Source of the DNA: Podarcis liolepis
Taxonomy: Eukaryota
DNA: 64,000 bases
NCBI GenBank assembly: GCA_965112155.1
Contig: OZ218114.1
Reading direction: 5' to 3' (one strand)
The notes beneath the pieces were generated by a model. That model was not told the origin of the DNA, did no database searches, and saw nothing but the letters and a program-made list of their open reading frames with translations. Below are positions 48,979-60,700 of this stretch, one piece after another (position 1 is the first letter of the stretch; each line of letters begins with the position of its first letter). The position numbers and the translations under genes were made by a program.

Positions 48979-48999
48979 TTCAGCACCGCGGACAACAGG
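48979..48999 (+). promoter_or_regulatory. RE1/NRSE (REST)-like site
   Basis: TTCAGCACCGCGGACAACAGG versus consensus TTCAGCACCnnGGACAGnnCC: perfect left half, canonical spacer, right half GGACA(A). Confidence 0.55.
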
Positions 49000-49191
49000 G
49001 TGAATAGTGTAGCTTTGGTGGAAGTCGAACTACAGTGGAATGAAAACTTAGTTGCACGTTATGAAAAAGATGCCCTGTTCACAACCTACAAAATTAGCTG
49101 CAAATACAAAATGAGCTCAGTGCTACTTTTATTTTTACAGCCACTTGTAAAAACTGAATGAACACAGGGGCATTCAGAATAGGTATCCCTT

Positions 49192-49353
49192 TATGTCCGT
49201 AGCTCAGTGGCAGAGCATCTACTTTGCAATGAGCAGCTCCCAGGTTGAATTGTCCATGGCATCTCCATGGAGGCCACTGTCAGTTAGCATAGACAATACA
49301 AAGCAAGATGGACCAGGGGTCTGACTCAGTATAAGGCAGCTTCCTCTATTCCT
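49192..49353 (+). mobile_element. tRNA-derived SINE (Squam2-like)
   Basis: gtagctcagtggcagagcatct...gtctgactcagtataaggcagcttcct. Confidence 0.7.
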
Positions 49354-51191
49354 GTGAAGTGATAAGTCCATTCCGCCATCTCAGGACAGTTCTCTCTCAC
49401 TCTTCTGCAGGAATAGGCCATGCAAGTGCCAACAGCATTAATCATAGGAAGGAGTTTTGGAATGTGACTTCTTATCTTGTTTTGCTGAGTGCAGAACGTG
49501 TTTCAAGTAGCAACTAGTGAAACCAAATTCCACAGGCCTCTCCAGCATTGTTTGTTCATATGCACCTTGGCATCTGGCTTCACTTATACGATTTCCTTCT
49601 TTGTTTGATTCTTAAGGGTGTGTCCCATCATGCCATATTTCATTTTGCTTGTTAACACTCTAGAATAAATAATCCCACCCACTCATGCAGGTCTATATGC
49701 ACTTTCTCCTAGTATAGTGGGACTGGGTTATTTATTTTACTTCTAACAGTACAAATGCACCCATACGCTGGCCGTACCCAGGTGAATCAGTCTCCCTGGG
49801 AAGAGAAAGGTGTGTTGTTTATGGGGTGGGGAGTGGGGAATGGGACGGGACACTGGGGTGGTGTTGTGAAATAGTGGGGCTCTAGGAATGTGCAATAGCC
49901 AAGTTTTGATGGTGCTATATACCAAGCCTGAACAACTTATGGCCTGCCAACCGAAACTCAGACCCTCAGCTATCTACAGTAGCCTGCTGAGTACCAGTAT
50001 GGTGGGATGGTTAGGGTGGCGTACTACGACCCAAATTAAAATGGGGGGACAGATGAATCTGTCTTTCACTTCTGTGTGTCTTTACCCATTTTTTCTGTTC
50101 TGTTTCTGTATTAACAAGTCAGAGGAGTGTGAAATTGGGTAGATTGCAAAGTTCTGATCACATCAACCTAAGAGGTGTGGATGAAAGGTTGAACTCTTCA
50201 GTGATGCTCAAGGTATATCCCTACTCAGTCACTGGTGGCCTTGGGCCCCAGTCATATGCTCCCAGCCTAGCCTGCCTCACAGGGTTGTTATGAGGATAAA
50301 AACAGATGGTGCTGGGATATATATGAAGAAAGCAGGAGGTGAATTGTAATATACCAACCCAGGTGTTCAGTTAACCTCCTTTTCTCACTGCCTGGCTGGG
50401 ACTGCAGAACCAGAAGGCCAGTTGAGCACATGGCAGGCCCACAGTGAGTGGCCAGCAGGCTGGTTTGGCTTGGTAGGTCACAAGTCACCATGCAGGCTTC
50501 AGTTAAACAAAATTAGTAGACAACCTGAACAAGGGGACTACAGGACAGGGTAAATGGTTGTGGGGCTGCATGTCAATATGTATGTGTGTGTGTGTGGCCA
50601 GGATGCAAAGAGCTGTTCTACCTACAGACTTGTGAACACCTGGTAGAAATTTCTGCTTTTTCAGTCAATTTGATTTTGAAACGCCTCTTCCTTTTCCCCA
50701 CTTGGTTTTCAGACTTGCTTGCTAGGCAACCTGGGAGCAACAAAAATCAAGGCTCACTGGATGCGCAGAAGTAATAGTAGTTCTTTGAATCCTGGCATGT
50801 GATAATAGAGTATGCCAGTGGCCTGGAAGGAGTGCCAGTCTTAGGGTACATCTGTGCTATAGACTTGTTTAAGAGTAATTCTCCCTTCCCAGGGAATACC
50901 CTCACCAGACTGCTGGGGGAAATTACGAGAACCCGGTAGTACAAAATCTATACAAATTTGTAACATAGCTTTTGCTAATGCCATTTACAGAAAAGCTTGG
51001 CTCTCTCTGGCAAAGGTGTGGCATATTGAAGGGGGTGGGCAGAACAGACAAGAAGCACAGCCAAAGCATGGATGGATGTTGTGAGTGGTTGTGATGCAGA
51101 ACAGCCTTCTCCCACTTGGTATCCTCTGGCTGCTTGGGGAAAAGAACTAGTGGATGCCTGTTTGATTAAGGTTGGTTGCCAGTGGTGCAAC

Positions 51192-51337
51192 AATCATAGA
51201 ATCGCAGAATTGTAGAGTTTGAAGGTATCATGAGGGTTATCTAGTCCAACTCCTACAATGCAGGAATCTTTTCCCCAACATGGGGTTTAACACATGACTA
51301 TGAGATTAAGAGTCTCATGCTCTACCGACTGAGCTAT
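51192..51337 (-). mobile_element. tRNA-Lys(CTT)-headed SINE with a CR1-type 3' tail
   Basis: Reverse complement TAGCTCAGTCGGTAGAGCATGAGACTCTTAATCTCA... is tRNA-Lys-CTT derived, followed by GTTGGACTAGAT...ATTCTGCGATTCTATGATT (CR1 terminal repeat). Confidence 0.8.
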
Positions 51338-54300
51338 AGACTGTGACATCATCATGTGTCAATGTGAACTCTCCCTTGGGCTAGATATGATAGATGCTGT
51401 AGATTTTAACCGACTGCTGTAATTCTCGGAAGCCCTGCATTGTACTATGTTTGAAAATAGCATCTTCTCATTCCTACCTTTGTATAGTCAGGTTCAAGAT
51501 GCCTTTTCTTGACTGCACAAACCCTGTGAGAGAGGAAGCTATGGACTAATGGAGCAGGTGAGTGCAAGGTGGGCTGAGCAACTCTGGGTCACAGTTTCCC
51601 TTTCCTGGTTCTGTTCCAAGCCTGAGGTTACCCAGTCAGGCATGCATGCAGCTCAGCCACCTATGCCTCAGTGTCCCCCACTTATAAAGTAGGGGCTCGC
51701 CGTACTTCAAAGCACTTTGTAAAACCCTTCTGATTAAATCTGCTAATGCCAAGTATTGTTAGTAGTACAGTTCCTTCATATTAAAAAGTAACAACTTCTT
51801 CCTAAGCAGCAAGAGCAAATAACTTACTTCCAGGTTCTTCCCTGACTGATGGAGTGCTCACTGCCAAATCCTGTGTGTGCTTCACTCAGAAGTCTCACTT
51901 CCTCCAGTGGAACTTTCTTCCAAGAAAGCCTGCTTAGGATTTGCAGCCCAAGGCCTTAGTTTGTCAGGTTTACTTTTATTAAGGTGGTACTTTGTCCTTT
52001 GAGAAATTCAGGAAATGGAAACAAAGTCCCAGAATGGCCTTTGCCACCCTTGGTGCCGTGCTGGCTGGGCTTGATGGGAATTGTAGTCCAAAACATCTGG
52101 AAGCAGCACCAGGGCTGGTGAATGCTGCTCTAGAAGTACTTTGTGCACTTGTTTACAAAGGAGCTCCCCTAGATGTGCTTCCCAGGGTTCATTTGGTTCA
52201 TTTGAAATATGGGCGCCTGGTCGTTTTTACTGGTGTTGCTAAGTTTACAGATATTTTAAATATATGCCGCATCCTTATAACAAGTGAGACTGTTGATCTT
52301 ACCTAGTCCAGTATTATGACAGCAGCTCACCCTGGTCTTGGGTGGAGGTCTTTCCCTGTGCTGCCATGCAAGATATTTTCATTTGGGATGGGGAGCAGTG
52401 TGAGATCTTAAGATGTAGGAAGAAAATGAATGGGTCCCCCCCCCACAACATTCCTTGTGCCATATATGTGAACATGCACTCCTTGTTAACGTGGAGAGAG
52501 AGGCACTTTCAGTGCAGACAAAAATGCTGGTCAATTGTGGTTTATTCGCATAGGCAAGAGGGGGCAGGGCTAGGAAATGCTTTCAGCCCCAAATGTGAAA
52601 ATGCTCATCATTTTTCTTTCCCTAGAATTATTTCTGTCAAAAATGGCTTAAGATCTTAAGATGAATTCCCCATGTTTCTCCCAGTTCGAAATATACTGAG
52701 AATATTTATTGGGGGCTGGGGAAATGAGCTGTTTTCCCATGCCCACCCTGTATTCATAAACACACCACCAGCTTTAAAAATATGATAAACATGGAACCCA
52801 CTCACTCTTCTTTTCTTAAGTATAAGCACTGCTGTGAGCCACTCCTTTTGCAAGCTTCCTCCATAGTAACTTCCATGCAAATTCAATGGCAGATCATGTC
52901 TGAAACTAGGCTTTCCCTTGACAAGCCCATGATGCTAAGGAAAACGTGTTGCGGCTGTTGCTCCCTGTAAAAGGAGTGTGAGAGAAACCCTTGTGGTTGT
53001 TGCTCATTATAAGAGGGGCCTGGGAAAGGAACATTCTGCTAGACTGCTTTTTGGCTTGTCTTCAGGCACACTAGACAGCCAGCTCAGCAAATCTAAGCAG
53101 GTTTGGGTCTTTTCCACGCCTGCATGCGAGATCTCTGATGCCCATGGACATTGCCTTGTGTTCTTTTGAAGGAAGGTGGGCAAAAACCACCTTACTTCCA
53201 ATAAAGTAAATAGGTAGTTCTGGTCAGAATCCAGAGAATCGTGCAACTGTGCTCACAGGAGGATTAGCAATTCAGTTTCTCACTCAGCAATCTCCTGTGC
53301 CATGTTTTAAAAACTCATATTTCATGGAAGGCTAGTTGTTATGGGATGGGTAAGATCTCACTAGGCATGCACATAACTCTTTGAATTCTTACCTCTGAGT
53401 TCCAGAGGTCCCATATTGTCTCTTTCATTCCAAGAGTCTTATTTAATCCTTCCTGATGGTGCTATAGGGGGTTCTCTAATAATTCCAATAAATCAGCTGC
53501 TATAGGCACAACTGATATTTTAGTGTGTTTTGGCCAACCAAGGCCTGGACTAGTTTTACCATTAAAGGACATGGGAGAAAAGACTGAGACTGTTACTCCA
53601 GCTAACTGGTGTTGGTGCTAATTTTTGTGGGATTTTATTTTTATTTTTAAGGAGTGTTTCTTTACTTGCTTCTATCCCCAGTCTCAACAGTGAGGGGTGA
53701 GTAGCTGATTTTCAAGAGACTTTCCTTCATGTTCTTAGGGGCATTGAAAACATTTAGTTCCGTAAGAGGGTGTGTGGTTTCCTTCCATGATAAAATATAT
53801 TTATGTGAATATGTGTGTGCTTAATTGTATGGACTTTAAAAAAAATAATACTCATTTGCCTGGCACTATTCAAGCTAGACAAAAACAGCCTGAGTAAGCC
53901 TCCATTGAACCCCAAAGAGCTTACTCTTGAGGAAGTATGTGTAGGGACTGCAGCTGGATTGCAGAAGGGCAAGACTGGTAGTTTCAGAACTGTCCAGATC
54001 ATGATTCTGGGAGGTGTGTTTATTTCTAGTGAAAAATTGTGTGCACTTAATTGTTAATAATTCTTCCCCATTTTGCGGTCCTTTTAGAACAACCTTTCAT
54101 AAACTTCTTCAGCGAAGTCTCCTTGGAATCTCTGAGAACCCAGGATTTTTTATTCCTATGTTATGCTAGGTGTTTCTCCTTTACCCCATTCTTTCCCCCC
54201 AAAAACAGTTTTTGTTGTCTAGGTCAGGATTTGTGTTCGTTGTTTTAATTTTGTAGATCTGTGCTTGTTTTGTTCTTTTAATTATTGTGAGGAACTCTGA

Positions 54301-54617
54301 GATATATTGTGCTGTTATTTCCATAGTAATTACTCTTTATGCTATTTGTTTCCTAAATTTCCTGTGAGTCCCAGGGGATATAGCAAAAATACATTGTGAA
54401 AAAATACGAGACACCGGCAGCAAGAATGTCTTTCACTGTGGTATAAAAAGGCTTCTACCCCCCCCCCCCTTTGAGAATGTAAATGAAACACACTGATATT
54501 ATCAATTCTCTTTCATTAAGTATTTGTACCATTAATATGGCCTATACATCTTGTGACACATCAGTCCAAAAACATGTATAGTGATAACCCACAAGCAGTT
54601 CTATAAACGCCTAAAAC

Positions 54618-54674
54618 CCTTCCTTCCTTCCTTCCTTCCTTCCTTCCTTCCTTCCTTCCTTCCTTCCTTCCTTC
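54618..54674. repeat. (CCTT)n microsatellite
   Basis: Read directly. Confidence 0.9.
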
Positions 54675-57406
54675 CCGGAAATGCATTGTGGGTGTGTAGA
54701 CTTGTCAGAATGGGATGCATTTGCTTTGGTGGACTGCACAGGCTTAGAGCAAGACTTTTCATGCCAGTATTTATTGAAGTGATTATGGGAAGGCTGTTTT
54801 GTATGTTCTGAACTCTGCTAGATTTTGACAAGCTACTCATTCCGAGTGACAGGATGGTCAAAGTGATTGTGGACTTTGCAGGATGGAATGGTATAGCACT
54901 GTACTTTGCTGCAGATAGTATGCAAGTTGTGATTCCAGAGAGGAAAACAACTGAGGAAGGGAAAGTTGATATTATTATTTTTAAAAATCTAATTATTAGT
55001 TTTAAAAAAATAGTTCAGTCAGTAACACATGCTTTCTAATAGCAGTTCTATCATCACTAGAACTAAAAAAGAAAGGAAAGGAAAAAGAAAATGGCATAGA
55101 AGCTTCCCTTGTGCTGTGAATATTAATAATGAAAATAGGATGATAATTTATTCACACCACCTTCCCTTGAAAGTCATCCAAAGTAGAGGTGCAGATCAAA
55201 AGTTGTCCAGGACTTTTTGGCAGAATAAAGTGGTGTTGGCTTCCTGCTTCCACCATCACCCTGCCATAAAAACATAATTAAGAGGTGCTCTGCTGGTTCA
55301 GATGAAACATCCATCTATTCCTGTTTCCCACAGAAGTCAAACAGACTCCAGAAAGGCAGGGCTTTAAAAAAGGACCGTTCCCCACAGTTTATCCCCAGCA
55401 TCCGTATCGAATGAATTGAAAGGTTCCACTCAGCTGTTGTGGTCAATGGTCTCTCATGGACATTGTCTAACCCCTTTTAATAAAGTCATTGCTAAACCCT
55501 GTGGAGCAGACAGGCTTGCACCGTTCCCTTTTGTTTTAGTCACTGTACTTGGGACACCCTCCAAGCACCCTGATTATAGTGTGTTTAAATCCTGGGCATG
55601 GTGCCAGAACATTGCAGTTTACCCTCGGTAGAGACCCTCCGGCACCAGGCTCCAACACAGAACTTGGCAGTGTTGATCTTACCTTGATTTCTTTGTTTTA
55701 ATTAAAGAAGGAGGAATGTATATCAGAACTTAGCGACATATACAGAGGAACTATAGGAGAAGCAGTTAGATGTATTTGCAGGAAACTAGTATATTTGCAT
55801 GTAGAGCTAACATTTGGTGTTAAAGGCTTGGTAGAGGGTGGGGTGGGGAGAAGGCAGTATGGGGGTGGGATGTGGGGCAGGTGGAAATAGACTCCAGGCT
55901 GGATTGTGGGGTAGAGGTGTGTGGCAGTTTCTCCTCTGGCCTCTGTGCACGACAAGGATGCAGTTCTTCATCTGCGCAGAGTCTAATGATAATAAAAATA
56001 ATGATCGTACTTAATCATTGCACTTCATTGACACTACTAAATTATGGAGTGAAAAAAGGGATACTGAAAATATTTCAAATGTCTGGTATGTACATGAAGT
56101 TCCTCATGGCTCAGCTGTAGGGAAGTGCCCCTTTCAGAAAGGTTTTGAGCCCATTGGATTAGTTTACTGAATCAGGATGGAGAAACAGTTTCTGGACGGC
56201 TTCTGCAAAACCTGTGTAACTGGAGATAATGGCAGGTCAAATGAATCACGATTTAGAAAGGATGCATCTTATCACACCACTGTTCTGCGAAGCACTGAGT
56301 AATTTTGCTGGTCTCACTAAATCTTTTTTTTTTTGGAGACCCTCAAAATCCCTCCAATGTTGTGCTTAATATTTTGCCTCAGGCTGCAACTTTACTTTCA
56401 TCTTTCTTTTAAAAACAGCAACCACCAACCTTAGTTTGTCTCTAGGCAAAGACAAATATACTCTCTGAAGCTAGTAGCATTTGTTTGTTTTTATCAGTAT
56501 GTTGACTGAACTTCAGGATGCTCAATCTTCTGGTTGGAGTTTATTGACCCAAGGTATACTCAGTCACTTAGTGCCTTTTGACTTTTTTTTTTTTAGTTCA
56601 AAGGAGGTTGTAACAAATGACTACAAATGCATGTTTCATCAGAGTAAGCCAGTAAAATGGTGTTCATTAAATGATCGTAGCAAAACAGAGTCCCAGTTAA
56701 CTCCTCTTTCGTGACTTATCTGAGATGGGAGGTGGGGAAAACTGACTTGGATCCTGTGATGAATGACTGCAGCATTGTTTTAGACTACACAACTTGCTTA
56801 GCATATCATCAAGGCCTGTACACACATACAGAAATGCTTTTCCACAGGACATTTGATCAGTAGACTGTTAACAAACATTTTCTTCCTTGGTAATGTAAGA
56901 GTAACTGGTTATGTGTTTGCTGCTGTAGAAACCTGTTTCCTCCCCTCTATACACACACCTGTTATGTCCAATGTGATTGTGTGCTGCGTGGAATGCGGTG
57001 GCACAGTTGTCATGTGATCCTTTGGGTAGCGCCAAGAAAGTTACTAGTGATGAGAAGAACAACTTTCCCTCCTCCTGACCATAGCATTTTGTGACATATT
57101 CTGAACTATTTCTATATATAAAGAGACTATGAACATTTTCATGTTGTGTTCACGAAATGCAGGAATTTGTCTATTGTAGCCCTTTTTGAAAAGAAAAGAA
57201 AACAGTAGCAAACACCAGCCAGGTAGACATTTGACCCTAACCCTTCCAATTCATGTGTCTTGATTTTTAGAATTTAGTTCTTTAGATGAATTCACCACAC
57301 CCTTGAAAGTGCTGGAACACACTTTTGGGGAGTGCAGCTACCCCCATTACACACACACAGGCCCATAAGGCTGCCCAATCCCTTTAACATTAACATTATG
57401 TCCTAG

Positions 57407-57797
57407 CAGTGGCGTAGCGTGGGGGGTGCAGGGGGGGGCCGGCCGCACCGGGCACAACATCTGGGGGGGGGCGCGCTCACACTCGCAGCTCTCTGCCTCT
57501 ACCTGGCTCACTCACTCTCTCTCACTGCAGTGCTGGCTGTGCGAATCCGATCCGAGCCGCTGGGTCGCCGCCCACTGTGGAGGGGGTGGGTGCCAGGCGT
57601 GTGGTTCGGAGAGAGAGCGAGGGACTATCTGGGTGAGGGACAGTGCAGCGGCCGTCCAGCGCAGCGCTGAGCGCGGGAGAGAACCACACCAGACCAGCCT
57701 AGGCAGCAGCAAGAAGAAGCTGGCAGCGGCGGCAGGTTAGGGGTTAGGGGGCGCAAATTACTTGCCCCGGGTGCTGACAACCCACGCTACGCCGCTG
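57407..57797. mobile_element. GC-rich hAT (Tip100-like) non-autonomous element, apparently young
   Basis: TIRs CAGTGGCGTAGCGTGGG / CCCACGCTACGCCGCTG; perfect 8-bp TSD TGTCCTAG at 57399-57406 and 57798-57805. Confidence 0.85.
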
Positions 57798-60700
57798 TGT
57801 CCTAGGCAAGGGATAGCATTTGTTTATGCTTGCCCTGTGTGAACCTTAATTCAAAGGTGAATTATAATGCACCCTGATGACTTTAAAGAATTGCACACCC
57901 AAGTAATTCAGTTTCAGCAGGCTTAGACCTTGGCATGTCTTCTGGAAATGATGGCTGATATCAGGTATATCACCTGTGTTTTTATGGCAACCTGTGTGCA
58001 GATGAGAAAGCCAAACAGGAATCGTTCTCCTTAGCTTTTATGTTACACAAATGTTTATTTTTAAAAAATGTATCCTGTGTTTACATGGTAAATAGGGACC
58101 AGGAAAACCAGAAAGCCCATTTGTATCTATAATATCGTATTTTGGGACGATAGTTCTAACACCCTGCAGAAACTGAAAACTCAACATCGTAGTCACAAAA
58201 AGCATTAATAGAATGTCAATCCATAAAGTAAGCATTCACTTATGCCCAGGTTAAAAGCTGTCATCAGAGAAAACCCCCAAGTATAACCAGTTAGTTTAAA
58301 GCCATAATTTTCAGACCAAGCGGGTCCCATATTCATTTGGTCTTAGAAATTGTCTCAGTCTTCTTCAGGTGGCTGAGGAAGATACAGAAAACCCTTCATG
58401 AATGTGTGTTGCTGGTGGTGAATGGAAGACAGGAGATGAAATGCATTTGGCAGTTTTCATTGGACAGGACTGATTATTGAGACTGGATGAACTTGATGCT
58501 TGTAACTACAGTTTGGTGTGAAATCGAATGTAGTTGTTACTTCTTTTCTAAACTGATGACATTTATTGGGCTTATCATGTCATCAAGGGATCGAAATGGA
58601 GGTCAGAAAAAAGCACCCTCCATAGAGATAACTCTGAACATTCACAGCTGTATCCAGCATCAGTACCCAACTGCAGTCAATTGTTATGATTATTAAGAGT
58701 CATCCTCTACAGGCTTTCAATGGGCCTGGCATTTATCCATTTTCCTCCCCCTTCCCACCACATGCATCCAACACAGAGGTGTGCTATATAGATTATTATA
58801 GGATGTATGCAGGTGAGGCGGTTCCCATGCCCCAAATCTTGAGGACTCTTGTAGTTTTGATAATGTGCATGATATAGGAGGGCAGTAAGCAGTGAGAGGG
58901 GTGGGGTAGGGTGGGGAGGAAAAAAGTTGGGGGTAAGTGGGTTGGTCCACATTCTAAGGGGTAGGGGAGGGGAATCAGGTGTTGCAAGCATGACTTATGG
59001 AAATACCATGGAAGGATATCTTTTTTAAAAAATGAATTTAAAAATGGGGGAAATGGAGGGGGTTGGTTATGGGAACTCCCTGAACCTTCCCTGGGTCGAA
59101 AGCTTGTTAACTGGCAGTCAAAAACTGCCAGCTGTATATTTTTTGGGCAGACTTTTAAGAATGCCACATATTTGAGACTTTTGTGCAGAAGTCTTCTGTG
59201 GCTACAATGAAGAGCACAGGTTTGGCTGGGCCAGTCTAGGTTGAAATTCTTGCCACGATGCATTGGGTGGGGGAGCTCTGGGTTGCTCCAGCAACTTCTG
59301 GAAGCTTCCAGAGGTCCAGAATGGAGGATCATGCCTTGCCTCATACAAAAAACAGAAATCCCACTTGTGCATCAGAATTGACACCCCAGGGGAAGCGGCA
59401 AAGATAAGATCCAGCTCCTTTACAAACCTTTTGAATATGTGCTCTATGTGTATTCCAGAACTGCATTGTATATAAAAATTATATAAATACAAATTTGATT
59501 TCTATTTTAAGGGGGGGCAATGGGAATAAATAGAAGAAAACTATTTAAAAATAGCAAGTAAATAATAATGTGTTTGAAAGTTTAGCAAAGCTGTTAGAGG
59601 TGGAGTGAAGCTTAAAGAGCAGGAGCAGAGCAAGTATTTTTTTAAAACAAAAAAAATGTGTTTGGTGCTTAGGAATTCTACACTTCATCACTTGTCTGCA
59701 TATCATAAACTATGTGGTTTGCTTTTTTTTTTTTGCCCCTGTGCTTTAGATTCATCCTGGGAAATATGTTGCCTTAGGATGAGTTGTTTGAGCTTTGATC
59801 AAAAGGCATCAAGATCAGGGTAGATCAATACCACAAGGTGCATCCCCTGCAGACTTGTGAAGATTATTTCCCTCTTGTTGGACATGACAGGGAAAATGAG
59901 CTGAGAGTGGGCTGTCAGCCTTTCCAAGCAGTGCTCTGTGATTTTGCAGTCCCTTCTTATCCCCAGAGCTGTGTGCACTGTGATTCTGCAGATGTGCCAA
60001 GAAGCTACAGTGTAGCATTTGAGCTTCCGGAGGACTGTAGGCGTGTGTTTTAAAACACACATGCAGGGTTCTAACCCATGCAATTGCAAAGATATGTTTT
60101 CAAGTCTGTGAGCAATATCTGGTGAAATCTCAGAAACTGGAGGGAATCCTTTTTGAACCTAAGATTTCCAGTGGTCAGTGGGTAGGTCTGTTCTATCTTG
60201 TCCAGATTCTTCCCAATTCCCAATGACCAGCAGAATAATTATGCAAAATGCAAAATATTGCAAATGGGCTTGGGTTTGCATAACGTAGGCAGATTCCAGA
60301 ATTCTGCTTTCCTTTTGCAAAATCACAGTCAGTGCAAAAGTTTGAAGGGCTTTTAAAAGGACACGCAGCCCTGCCTGCATATTGCAGCTTATCTTTACTG
60401 TGAAATGCATTTTAAATTGTTTCTCATGAGGAAGGTTTCATGAGAAACAGAGGGGCAAAGGACTAATTAACAGAAGATTTTCATCCTACTGTGCCCCTCA
60501 GGCTAATCCTGCTAGTTAGTATCTGGTCCATCAATCTGGGGTGGGGGTGGAAAGATCTAGCACAAAATTGTAGCCATTTATGGGTGTCAGGAGTGCTTAC
60601 TCAGGAACCCAGAAAGCTTCAGCATTGCTGTCACTTGGCTCAGTAGGATCTCTTAGGGAAGCAGTTCCTTCACTAAATTTAGGATTTCCTAATCTTTGCT

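Noticed and set aside
51270-51337. tRNA-Lys gene
   Set aside because: The T-arm/B-box is degenerate and it is fused to a CR1 tail, so it is a SINE head. The other tRNA-like heads in the window are also SINEs.
57735-57750. Telomere-like GGTTAGGGGTTAGGGG
   Set aside because: Only two imperfect units inside a transposon, not an interstitial telomere array.
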